A stretch of 63,439 nt of DNA, the filler included, from Reticulomyxa filosa (Eukaryota > Protista > Foraminifera), in NCBI GenBank assembly GCA_000512085.1. It is 22 parts of 22 records of this genome, joined end to end, with 100 filler letters (N's around TTAATTAATTAA, not from the genome) between each part and the next. Parts side by side here need not be neighbours in the genome. Positions count along the whole stretch, not along the records: positions 11,990 to 15,071 come from ASPP01023042.1; positions 15,172 to 19,165 come from ASPP01016760.1; positions 19,266 to 21,598 come from ASPP01032760.1; positions 21,699 to 27,040 come from ASPP01001644.1; 18 more parts are not named here. One strand, 5' to 3'. This document shows, one piece after another, positions 12,662 through 25,039 of this stretch. Under the pieces are notes generated by a model. The model made no database searches and was not told the origin of the DNA. It worked only from the letters and a program-made list of their open reading frames with translations. The position numbers and the translations under genes are program-made. Each line of letters begins with the position of its first letter. Position 1 is the stretch's first letter.

Positions 12662-13876
12662 ATGGCAATGAGGTCAGTTGTTTATATTTTTTTGCTTTTC
12701 TTCTGGGACATTTCTCATTGCACCTCCATTTGCAATCCGGCAAGAGGAGCATTGAAGATAAGCGGTGGGTTGTCGTTATTGACGAACGGAAGAGAAAGCG
12801 AAGAGGGCACAAGTTATATTGAGTGTGTATCTTGGATAGACGGCATCGCTTCAGTGAAATATGAGTATCAGCCGAAACATGGAGTGCCAAACAAAGTAAA
12901 ATTATTTCCATGCATTTCTACAATATGGAATTCTAGTTTTGTGAGAAAACAAGTGTGCAAAGAGTAAAACGACGACAAAACAAAAGAATGATTTGATTTG
13001 AATGCAACCAATAGAAAATGAACATGCAAATGAAAGTTCCAGTCTGCAATTACCATTTGACATATGGAATAACCGCAACGGACATGTGTTTAGCAATTGG
13101 AAAATAGTGCATAGCAATGAAAGTGAAGATGACAATTACAGAGTGGGATATCGACTACTGTTGAATGACAGGCCAAAGACCAATGCAAATGAGTCAGAAG
13201 ATATGGAGATAATGATATGGTTGATCTATCAAAACGAATACCCAAATGAATGGGGAACCGAAATAAAGAGGGGTATTGAATTGTGTGGGTATTGTTGGAA
13301 TTTGTATGTGAGCGATGATCACAACGAAACAAAGCCAAATGAATGGACATTTCAAAGTTGCACGAATTACACAAGGTCTGTGAATGACTTTGATATCAAT
13401 GTGTTTTTGCAGTGGTTGTATACGTTTACGGATCGCTCGTCGTATATCTCAATCCCTCGGTACTTGATCGCAATTCAATTCGGACAAGAGATAGCAGAAG
13501 GGAAGGGAATGTTCCGAATCACTTCTTTTGACGTTGTGGTTTACACGGAAGTGTCTGGGAACACGACATCACTTCCGTCATCCACTCGGGTTACACCTTC
13601 TGCTGGACAAAAGGGACAAATATCTTTTAGTTAATTTGGTTGTACGTCATACAAGCAATTGCAATTTTTGCTCTACAACACGTATATCTTGAATGTGACG
13701 ATATAGTGTTGATTTGCTTGGGATAGGTATAGCGACAGTCGGTGTCATTGTGGTAGTTCTTTTGACTATTGTTTGTGTTATCGCTATCTACTTGCGCTAT
13801 AGAATTGGTCAGATGATGAAGAACGCAACACCCGTTGAAAGTACTGTGTTGTCAAAAAGTGACAATGTAAATACAG
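12662..13876 (+). CDS. Signal peptide, GH12-like (jelly-roll glycoside hydrolase) ectodomain, S/T linker and TM helix
   Basis: Hydrophobic N-terminus. GH12-like motifs KVKLFP, EIMIWL (Glu 13206) and YLIAIQFGQE (Glu 13488). Predicted introns 12936-13014 and 13630-13726. TM segment IATVGVIVVVLLTIVCVIAIYL is followed by RYR. Confidence 0.75.
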
Positions 13877-13964
13877 GTTGTGAATGTATCTGATTGTCTG
13901 TCCCCAACAAGCAACGAACAAATAGACAAATAAAACAAAATAATTTGTGAATTGACTCTGACAG

Positions 13965-15048
13965 AGAGATATGTTAGTTTTGCTCTTCAGCTGTTCAATC
14001 AGGTATGAGTTTGTTCAATTGGAGAGGTTACAACAACATGTATTCAAAAAAAAAATAATTGATAATAATTTAAAAAAAAAAAATAACAATAATAAATAGT
14101 TCAATCGTGATAATGAAGAAAATAGCCTTTTTAGTTAAGAAAATATATGTCTGCGTATTAAACAGACACTAAGAGCACAAATAGAAACACAAACCCAAAA
14201 CATACAAACTTGATGATGCAACAGCAATAACCGCGTGGTTGGAACCAGCAGCAAAACAGTTGCAAAAGGAAAACGACTTGAATGACAATGAGAGAGACAT
14301 AATTGAAGGAATTTTTTTAGTAATTCTCAAGTACGAAAATCTACGCAGCGAGGTACAAACAAATCCAGCGACAATAAAGACGCCTAATTTTTGTCGTCGA
14401 GTCACGGAAACGAAACAAAGTGCGCACATTACAAAAGTAGGGGAAGTGATCACACCATCGAATTCTCTGGGCCGCACCTTGCAGCAAAATCTTGGCTCGG
14501 AATTGGACAATGAAAAATATTGCTCTGACAGCGAGATCGTTCTCTCCAAAAAAAGGGAGCAGCACTATTACATCGGTTATTATATCTATAACATGAAACA
14601 TACAATGACACACACAATATTAAAATAATGTTGACTTGCGTTATATAATAGTTGTCTCATTCCTTAGACATGCCAAACAACTTGGACATTGCATTGCTGT
14701 CGACGAATCCAATTGTGAATTACGGCGAAAATGACTTGGACGGGGCGGCAAAGGAGGAAACATTGTTGAATAAGATATTAAACAAAGCGGACAAGCAGAT
14801 ACATGTGTTTTGCAGTGTGTTGACCAAAAACTCGCTATTGCATTGTCTTCGCAATGCGCAAATTGTACACATCAGTGGCCACGGAGTCGCAAATAACGAG
14901 TTGTACGTCGAAGACGGGTTCGGAGGTGTCACGGTTATTTCTGGGGATGACATTCAGAGTGCATTGGCGCAAGGTCCAAAGGTTGTCAAATTGGTGTTTT
15001 TGTCATTGTGTTACTCGGGTCGATTATCCAAGGCTTTGATCAATGCAG
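13965..15048 (+). CDS. Cytoplasmic region with CHAT (caspase HetF-associated) protease domain, 3'-partial; probably the same gene as the GH12-TM
   Basis: LDIALLSTNP, AQIVHISGHG (His 14880), LYVEDGFG and VKLVFLSLCYSG (Cys 15009). Exons 13965-14002, 14185-14575 and 14668-15048 join in frame through GT-AG introns. Confidence 0.8.
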
Positions 15049-15171
15049 GTACACACACACACACACACACANNNNNNNNNNNNNNNNNNNNNNNNNNNNN
15101 NNNNNNNNNNNNNNNTTAATTAATTAANNNNNNNNNNNNNNNNNNNNNNNNNNNNNNNNNNNNNNNNNNNN

Positions 15172-15211
<40 letters not shown>

Positions 15212-15214
15212 CAG

Positions 15215-15365
15215 ATTGCTCATGTTGCTCGGTGATTTGGTAGTTTGCTCCAATCAAGCACAATTTGACAGGGAAGTCTTAGGGAAATCACTCAACGAAG
15301 GAGTTATCTCCTTTTCTGGGCTCATTAGTGCTGCCATTGGTGTTTACACTGCATTTCCAAAGTAA
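15215..15365 (+). CDS. Last exon of a probable peroxisomal PEX11-family protein
   Basis: After the poly-A...CAG acceptor it reads LLMLLGDLVVCSN...LNEGVISFSGLISAAIGVYTAFPK-stop, resembling the PEX11 C-terminal D...GxxGxISxxIG helix. Confidence 0.5.
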
Positions 15366-16736
15366 AAATTTGTTTTCTTTTTCTCACAGTACTTGATGTT
15401 GCTTTGGAGGAAAAGAAATTTCTTTTAACAGACTTTTTTTTTTTTTTTTTTAGCTCGCATTTTAAAAATTTTCAACAATTGGTTTGATCTTGCACTTTTC
15501 TCTCCCCTTCCTTCCCATCCCCCCCCCCTTGCTCCTTTTTTCGATCTTCCAATACCGAAATTTAATCTCGTCATTCAGCTTTGTAGACAACTCCTTTTTT
15601 TTTCCTCCTCGTCAAGTCGTCTTTAATGTAGCACGTTGAAACTAATAAATTAGGAAGTGGAGGAAGGAGAGAAGAAAAATAAATAAATAAAGAGTATTTC
15701 ACTATCGTAATAGCAATTAATAGTTTTGATTTGGTACACATCAGATCAAAACTCTTGTAGTGCCCCATGAGCTTGGGTCTCACTTCTTTGATTTCAAACA
15801 CAAGAAAAATACAAGTTGATCGGTAAATGAACGTTACTTATAAGAAAGCAGAAAAAAAACTTAATTCTGGGGACAAACAGATCAATCATGTGCCATTTGC
15901 AATTGAAAATACCCGCATGTTAGCTAATAAAAATGATATATTGATAAGGAAGTAACAAGCAGCTCACAGTAACAGGATTTCTTGATATAGTCAATTTGAT
16001 TAATACCAGTCAAACGTTGACCAAAGTCAAAGAAGAAAAACTTTTCAAAACATTTCGTTGATAGTCGGGCAGTATAATGTAGTGTTTTTTTGGCTTTTTC
16101 ATCTTTTCAACTGTGGTTTTTGAGGAAAAGTCACAATGAAGAAAGCAGTCTTATATTTTTTGCAAAAAGCGGTAATCTGAAACCAATATAAGTATAACTG
16201 GACAACTGAAACCTACTGTGATAAGGCTAAAAAATAGTTGCAATTTTGATTATAAAGCAATGCACATGCAGGGGAGACAAAGGATATTGCAAATCAGAGG
16301 AAAAAACAATAGTACAAAGTATTTACTATGTCACCGTTTTAAACATAGAAAAAAAGTTACCATTGGATCAACACTATTCCAAATTTAAAGCGACTGACAG
16401 GTGAAACGAAACAAAATAGATAGTAATATTACGCTAAACTTTTATATTTGTCCTATGTAATTTTAACAGCTAAGTATAACGATATAACTATAGCAAACCT
16501 TCTTTTTCCTATTTGTAGTAACTCAATTCAAACAACTCTTGACAACCAATTTAAAAAGAAGCAATTTAGTGCATTGTCACTCTGCAAAAGCCTATTTGTG
16601 CACAGTCTGTTAGAATAACATAACAATAATAACAAAAGATTCAGTTTCTTTTCTACTGCCAACGAAACTGTTTGTTCCCCTTTTCAAGTTAAAAAAAAAG
16701 GGGGAAAAGAATAGTTTGAAAGGATTAAAAGCGGAA

Positions 16737-18063
16737 ATGTCCTTGACTGAGGCTTCTGTGACAATTGGCTCAAGGGACTATGCCTTACATTTGACGAACT
16801 TGACGTTTGACGACTTGAAAGAACAAGTTGTGAAAGCAAGTGAAGAAGACGAGCGAGGAAAGGTTTTAACGAAAATAACTGACTTGAATGGTCATGACAT
16901 TGAAACTGATAAACAGCTTCAAAATACTTCTCCACTCCATTTTTATGCTTATTTCCAATCAAGTTTATTTTTTATTTTTTTTTTTTCAATATTTATCATT
17001 CAAATGACACATAACAAAAAAAAGATGATCAAGAAAAAAAAGAGACAAATTCAGCGGAAATCCAAATAGAAACTTTGGATATTGGAAAACATTGGAATAA
17101 AAATTGGCGACACTCGAATGCAATAGCAGCCAAATGTGTGATGAAAATGCTTAACAACAATGAACAGGGATTGATTATTGTTGCTAATAATACTAATTTA
17201 TGGCAAATGGCGATAAGTAAGGCATCTATTGCAACGAATGATGGTACTTTTTCATTTCGTGTGTTAATAAATAATGAAAAACTGGAAACAAAGGTATTTG
17301 GGGAATATTGTTTATATGTGATAAAGAGTAAAATAATACTATTCAACGAAATAACCATTGATGGAAATGTGTATGCTGTGAATTGTGAAATTCAATGCAA
17401 AGGGAACAATGTGAATATTACAACCCAATTATTTGTAACAAGTCATGTCATTATCCCTCAATCATTGACAAAATCTATTTCGCCGATTCAATGGGATACC
17501 AAAATACACTATGACATCTTTGTGCCAATTCAAGATCTTGCAGATGCATCAGAGCAATATGTTGACAAAAGGAATTATTCTGAGTCTATCAATTGTTTGC
17601 AACAAGCCTTACACCGTTCAATTAAGGCATTTGGTTTAGACCATCCATATACTGCCCTGCTATATAAATCGATGGGAACTTCGTATAAAGAGGCTGAAGA
17701 GTATGACAAAGCAGTTGAATATGATGAAAAGGCGCTGCAAATTCTTTCGAAGGCTTTGGGACTACACATTTGCATATAGGTAGTCTATATTATAATTTAG
17801 GGAATATCTACTTAAGAAAAAGAGATTATACCAAATCTATTGAATGTTATGAACATTCGTTGAAAATAAGAAAAGAAATACTGGGAATTAGCAGTAGAAA
17901 TATTGGTGACTCATGCTGGAATTTGGCAATGGCACTTGAACAAAACGGGGAAAAAAACAAAGCGTGTCAATATTTTGAAGAATCGTGGAAAACATACACC
18001 GTGCTATATGGGGAATGGAATATTGAAACCTTACGGGCAAGGAAAGTATCAGAGAAGCAATAA
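16737..18063 (+). pseudogene. PB1-like N-domain plus kinesin-light-chain-type TPR repeat protein with a 1-nt frameshift near 17766
   Basis: Exon 16737-16962, intron 16963-17024, then TPR repeats (FGLDHPYTALLYKSMGTSY, IGSLYYNLGNIY, IGDSCWNLAMAL). The frame changes inside a TPR, which could be a pseudogene lesion or a sequencing error. Confidence 0.7.
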
Positions 18064-19265
18064 AACAATAAAAACTAGTTGTTAGTGAATTGAGGTGTAA
18101 ATGCAACTTTTTATTAATGCTGAAATAAAAAAAATGAAAAATAAAATGTTGTCCTTTGAATGGCTGACAAAGAAAATATTATTTTTTATTAATGTAAAAA
18201 CTACTTTATGTTAGGTGATCAATTTCGTAGCATTTCCACAATCACAAAAACTGAACAGGATATCATTATGATCAACAAATAATCGAAGATGCTTTTGGTT
18301 TGTTGTACATATAAAAAACATTTTGAAATTGATAACTTGAATTTAATCATACATTGATTGAATCGTTTAATTTTTACATATGCACATTTTTCATCTTGAA
18401 TGGCTCAAATTTTGCGTTAAAAGATTTATAACACATTTTAAAGTGTTATTACTGCTTTATTCAACAACAAATATTTGATATGCATTGAATCACAATTTTA
18501 TTTTCTTTGTCTCTTTTTAATTCGGAAAATGTATAAACGCCAATGCTACCATTATCTGAACCATAATACAAGCTGAGGCCATAATCATTGTCATTTTCTC
18601 TTTTTTGATAGTACAAATTTAAGACAGATTACTTTAATATTTCCATTGATCACATGCAGTTTTTTGTTTAATGGAATATCCCAAAAACAAATTGTACGGT
18701 CTAATGACCCAGAACACGCAGTACTCCAACTACATAATCTACTACTTATAAAAGATGAATATTCAATCGCATGAACAGATCACATTATTTTGAATTAATT
18801 ACGAGCAATACTGTGCAAAAGCAAAAGCCACAAAATAACTCAACTTTGGAAACCTGTCCATTGAAAAGGCATTTGCCAGTGATAATATCAAAGAGAAAAA
18901 GAACTCAGATCGAGAGAATGCATATAAACAGTGTATTCGATGATAGATGCCATAGAAAGAATGTAGTCATTTGAATCTTGAAATGGAATTTCAGCTTGTA
19001 CTTTATGAGATGATATATTTTCACTTCCAACTTCCGTTTGAATAACTTTGTTATATTCTACATCCAAACATGTTACAAAATATACAGTAGAATGCAAAGT
19101 AAAGTTGACCCTAAAACTGATCTTATATAGATGATTGATTTTTTACATGAAAAAACAACATTCAGNNNNNNNNNNNNNNNNNNNNNNNNNNNNNNNNNNN
19201 NNNNNNNNNTTAATTAATTAANNNNNNNNNNNNNNNNNNNNNNNNNNNNNNNNNNNNNNNNNNNN

Positions 19266-20636
19266 GCAAGAAACTTGTTGGCAACGACGGCATTTTCAGT
19301 GAACCAAATCGCAGACATCACAGGAGTGTCTGTGGAAAAGCTGCAAAAGCTCGAGGACGACGAGCAGCCAGAAAGCGAAGAGGAAGAAGAAACCACCGTC
19401 ATCAGCGAAGAAAGTCGAGTCGCTGCATCCATCGAAACGCCTAACGAATCCGTTGTCAATCATCAAAAGCAAATCACTATCACTTCCGAGCAATTCAACA
19501 AAGCTTTGGCAGTTTTGTATTTCGTGCATACACATACATATATATGCACATATACATATATGTATATATGTATACGTAAATAGCTGACAAATACGGAGAT
19601 GCAAAATCTCGATGCGTTGATAGTGGGAGGAGAAAAGGAAGTAGCCAGCCGAAGTGGAGAGGCATTGGAATTGTTGAAGAAGTTGAAAATGGCAGTGGGA
19701 TTATCTCCTGGAGGTATTTTGTGTGTTTTTTTTTGGATTGATGTTTCAAATGAATAAATAAATAAAAAATAAAAAAATAAAAAAAAAAAAGGGGTGAAAA
19801 AATTAAAGACGTTACGACAGTTTCGAAGCGACTTGCTAACAACGACATTTACTGACAAAGAAAAACAACAATTGGCAAATGAAGTGCAAAAGGCAACCGA
19901 GGAGAAGGAGAAGGAAACAAAGTTCCCATGCAAATACCGCGTAGTGATCCATCCCGGAGCAATGGCAAAGGAAAAGGTGGAATTGACTTCAAATGCCGTC
20001 GGCAAAATCCATATCGGCACGTGTGTCACTGTCGAGGAAATCCAAGGACGACGTGCTCGCATCAGCGAACCTTTGGTCGGCTGTTTGTCCGTGCACACCG
20101 ATGGCGAAAAGAGTCGAATCATTTTGCAAAAAGAAGGCACCAAATCGCCCGAAATGGAAGCGGCATTGCAAGCTGAAAGAGGAAGACAAACCAAAGTACT
20201 CATTTTGAAATCCATTACCACCTTAAGCGATGCCACTGTTGAACGGTTACTTGAAAAGTCTGATTGGAATCTCAGAAATGCCATTGATGCCTTTTACACT
20301 GCTAAATATAAGGTTTTTTTTTAAAACTTGTTTTAAACAAATAAACAAACAAATAAATATATATGTGTATATACATACTATATATGATATGTAAACGTGT
20401 TTTTTTTTAAATGTGAAAATCAATAATAGACACTCGAATACGTAATGAAAGCACAGCAACAACCTCAACAACAAATGGGAACTACAACTGAAACTGAAAA
20501 GACCAACTCGTCCAGCACCTTGTCCATCCCAAAAGAAAATAAACCCTCCACTGCCAACCCTACCGGCCGCAGACAGTCCAAATTGCTGTTTTGGAAATCT
20601 TGGAAAAAATTTACTGTTGAAAATGGAGGACAGTAA
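19266..20636 (+). CDS. 5'-partial multi-exon protein with SH3b-like and UBA-like domains
   Basis: YRVVIHPGAMAKEKVELTSNAVGKIHIGTCVTVEEIQGRRARISEPLVGCLS is SH3b-like. ITTLSDATVERLLEKSDWNLRNAIDAFY is UBA-like (TAP-C/DCN1 type). Confidence 0.6.
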
Positions 20637-21058
20637 TTGAGCTTTATTGCCACAAAAAAAAAAAAAAAGAAGGATACCAGGTGGTCGTTGTAAATAAATT
20701 TTTACTTGTGGTCCATTATTCACACAACATCGTATGTCAACTTTGTTCATTAAAAAAAAACAAACACGATTTAGCTTCTTTTAATTCAAAATACTTGCAA
20801 GCGTATTCATGTTTTTGTGTGCAACAATACGATTTTTTTTTCAATAATCCTTTTGCAATTATCACAAAAAATGATTATAGGTTCTTTTTCTGATTTTAGC
20901 AGGATACTCTAAAGAAAACAAAAATCAAATAATTTGGCTGCAATTTTAATGCCCTTAATCTTAGAGGAAAAAAATCAAAACAGCTTTATTTTGAAAATAT
21001 TTGACGACAAAACTCGTGAGGTGGAGAGGGGAGTAACGTTCGTCAGACAAAAAACAAA

Positions 21059-21502
21059 ATGGGTAATTGTTTTGGGCTTTCTTCGTCGGATCCAATTAAA
21101 CTACGGTTGAATTTTTACCGCGAAGGCTTAGATGAATGTGGTGACAAGTCCTATCACAAGCGTCTTCCCCTTCCACATTGGTCCGCCACAGTGACAGTTC
21201 CGCTGGGCACGACGTATTACGAGTTGATTGACAAGCTCCAAAACCTTTTATTGAATATTCTCTCGTTTAAGCCCGATCGAGTCCAAAGCGTCCTTTTCTA
21301 CGAGACGAAAGTGGGACTAAAGCGTTTCTACTTCCCATTGGACCGACCTCCGGAGAAAATAACCTTGCAATGGATCATGTCTAAGCTGTCCTATGTCGAC
21401 TGGTCCACCGGTTACAGTATTGTCCTATGTTTCGACGAGTCCATGTTTGACACGGTGTTGGACACCGCGTTGGCGACGTATAACTACGACTATACGAAAC
21501 AA
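21059..21502 (+). CDS. Hypothetical protein, first exon, probably N-myristoylated/palmitoylated
   Basis: MGNCFG N-terminus and coding-like composition, ending at a GT donor followed by poly-T. Confidence 0.55.
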
Positions 21503-21962
21503 GTAGTCTTTTTTTTTTTTTTATACTTCCAAAAAAAGGGGACATTACATACACACACGTAAAATCATTTTTTTGATTGGTTGCAAAAAAATGTGTCGNN
21601 NNNNNNNNNNNNNNNNNNNNNNNNNNNNNNNNNNNNNNNNNNTTAATTAATTAANNNNNNNNNNNNNNNNNNNNNNNNNNNNNNNNNNNNNNNNNNNNAG
21701 TGCCATTTAGGTATGGCAGTTCTTTTTGCAATCTACTGTAGTTGTCCTACCAGAGTTCCTACTAATTACGTATTCGCTTTTTCCTTTTCAATCAAACAAA
21801 TTTCTAACTTATTTTTATGTGAACATAGACAAAATATATCACCAACCAGACGTCAACAAATATTCCAACTAGACCTATATTAATTTAGTCTTTTTTTTCT
21901 TTTAATTCTCACAAATTTATAAGATATTTTTATGAACATGACAAAATAGAATCAAAACAAAA

Positions 21963-22241
21963 ATGACAACAAGATCTCATACAAAAGTTCAGACAAAGAA
22001 GCCTACTCGTCCTCCAACAAAAGTTTATATAAATGCTCCAACTTTGTTACTAACACTCTTACCAACAAAAGTAACAACTAATGTTCCAACAATAGTACCA
22101 ACCAAAAAACAAACACATCATCTAAATAAAAGGCATATGAAAGGAATGAAAGAATTACAACATGTTGGAATTACAGTACAATTGAAAAGATTAAAAAAAA
22201 GTTTCCAGATTTTATGGTTGATTCTAGTTGCAACATTGTGA
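21963..22241 (+). pseudogene. Degenerate Pro/Thr-repeat (mucin-like) coding remnant
   Basis: TKKPTRPPTKV...LPTKVTTNVPTIVPTKK resembles the PT repeats at 62335-62975. It is flanked by AT-rich decayed sequence. Confidence 0.35.
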
Positions 22242-23155
22242 AGTTTTCGATTTAATGAAATGGTTTAAAGATATATATTCAAGATAATTACAAAGAAATT
22301 AGTTTATTCATTTTAAATAAATATGGCATAAACACATAATTAAGTCCAAATGAATATATGGAAAAATTTTGTTTATTATATTATATATATAATTTTTAGT
22401 CATTGTTTTTACATATACAGTAAAATGTACTAATAAATGTGTGTTGTTATTATTGATAGATTTTGACAATTTAGACAAGTTAGTAATGTATCGTAGTAGC
22501 GTGATAATATATCATAATCGATATATATTCTATCTTTATATATAAATCGATCATTTAATGCTTCAAGATTTTATCATATGATTTGAAAAATATATCGAAC
22601 AATGCAAAACTTAAATAACAAGAAGAAAAACAATGAGATGATAATATGATTACAATAATAATAATATAATAATATTGTGACAGGCAAAGCAATCACAAAA
22701 TATTTGTGAAATTAATATTCACAATATGTATAATTTTTGAATGATTGCACACAATCAAATAATTAAAAAAATTGCTATAAATTTTATTGGGCAAGAAATA
22801 AATTAAATATAACAAATAATTATCATAAATTGTTATCGACTTGTTTGAAAAAAATTACACACTATCGATATTAAAAAATACAATAAAGATCATTGTTAAC
22901 AAAATAATGTTGATGGTTTGCAGAAAATGATCTAGATAAAATAGTATAGACTTAGATAGATATAGAAAGAAAGTCAATTGAAAACAAGAAATTGAAAATA
23001 TGCTTGTTTATGGAGTTTGTTTTTTTGTTCTTTTTATCAATCGTTTAGGTTGACATTAAAACCAAAAACGTTTGTTAGAATATATTTTTAAGTTTTTTAA
23101 TTGAGTTCAATTGAAAAAACTAAAGCAACTATCTTTCGTTCAGATTGACATCAAT

Positions 23156-25039
23156 TTACCAGTGACTGATCTTTAGTGCTTTCATATATTGTATGTGGAA
23201 AATAGTAACATCATGTTTGACATTGGCAATTATATCTTGGAATTTATACTTAAAGCTTTGCTGTTTCCATTTCAACTCTTTCCAAAGCACTCCCAATACG
23301 GGTGTGGAATATGGATACTCCAAAAAGATTCCATCGCAAATGGGACACTTGGCAGTGGTCGAAAAAAAGGCCAAGTTAAGCCATAGCAATACATGAAAGT
23401 GTCGAACTCCACAAATGGCAAGGACGTTCCAACCAATATGCAATGTGTAAATGGACAAAATGACAATAGAGAAATAGATGAAATACACAATGATAGTTGG
23501 TAACAAAAATGTCAAAATCGTAAACATAACAACACCAAGCAGCAGTTGACCACTGTCAAATGTTTGATGATCCAAGCGTTTCTTCAATTGATTATACTTT
23601 TGTCCACGCAAGACTTTGCCAAATGTGTACAAACTTTTTGTCTCAATTACATAACAAAAGCAAAACAATTTGGCCAAAATATGACAGGGTGCACAGAAGA
23701 CGCTACACCATACGCGATACATTTACATACATACACATATATCATCCAAGAGTAGCCCATTGTTATTCAGTATAGATATATGCATGACAGTTTAAAAAAA
23801 CAATATTTTTGTATTCTTATTATATTATATACATGTATGTATATATAACTGAAAGACATCGAGGATAAGAGCAAAAGTATGACCAGGCCCACAGAAAATG
23901 GTACCAAAGAAAAGGATAGAATTGAGTAAAGTAATAACATATGGAGAGAAGATACATCTTGCGATAATATGTTCGTGCCACGTGTCGAGCACAATAAGAG
24001 AGATATTTCCAAGCAATTGGTTCAATGCATGATTCAACTTTAATCCCGCCGGAATACCCATTAGCCAATGAATATCTTGCTTAATTCGTTGATGATAAAA
24101 GGCGTCTTGCTTCATTATGTAATTCCAATATCCACAAAAGTAGTGGTCACTGTCGTTGCCTTGCATTTGACAAGAAAACAATGTCAACGGCGACAAGTGC
24201 CCGCAACCAAACCAAAATACCGCAGTGCACACACTTATAATCACAAACAAATGGACAAATATGTGATGCTGCATTTGTGAGCGCATCTGGGAATGTTGTA
24301 AATGCAGGTGATGTGGATGAATAGGATGTCTCGGAAATTTCGAGAAATTTCGGGACGACAGAAACTGATAGCAGTTGTGATATGTCTGCTGATCGAAAAG
24401 AAGCTGCTTATATATCATGGTGTGTCCCAATAATGTGCCAAGCAATGGAACCATTTTCGACAATACCCAAGTGATGATAGCACAAATAATATAGCGCCCA
24501 TAGAAATAATAGGATAGAATAGTGTCCAATTCAAACGTCTTTTTTTGTGATTTCGTCATTCCTTTTTTTAAGTTTTCAAAATTCAATTCGATTAGCTTTG
24601 TATTGTTACAATAAAATAGTACACTGCTTAACAATGGATTGTGGTCTGCCTTCATATCTGACATATTATAATAGCCTGATTGTTCATTTTCATAAGGCGT
24701 AAATAGTATCCATTGGCTTTGTGATATGTCAATAGATATCAGACCTCCCAATACAAATCCACTCGTTCTCGAGTATTTACCTACGTATCCATACTCAAAC
24801 GATTCTACACCTTTCACATCTACTCGATACGTATTGTTGATGTCTTCACACACTTGTTTTATCTCCGCTTCGTCATGTTGCTTTACTTCATCTTGCACGC
24901 CGTTCGTTACCACAAACGTTGGAACATTGAAATGTCGCCAACCATATAACTCCATGCATTGACCATCACTTCCTTCTAGTAATTTTTTTAGCAACGTTGT
25001 GGAGAAATATATATTGGCCGGAATAGATGCCGCTTTCAT
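23156..25039 (-). CDS. PIGQ: GPI-GlcNAc transferase subunit PIG-Q/Gpi1 (one intron ~23703-23849)
   Basis: WLMGIPAGLKLNHAL, LRGQKYNQLKKRLD and QLLLGVVMFTILTFLLPT are Gpi1 signature motifs. Confidence 0.9.

Noticed and set aside
13971-14002. ATG at 13971 as the start of an independent CHAT gene
   Set aside because: It reaches the 14003 donor in phase 2, which is out of frame with the 14185 exon. A different acceptor cannot be fully excluded without transcripts.
18200-19165. Possible decayed kelch or other gene-family remnants (also 3500-3900, 38575-39300, 46396-47500, 52000-55164)
   Set aside because: Coding-like patches with many stops, but no motif strong enough to name a family.
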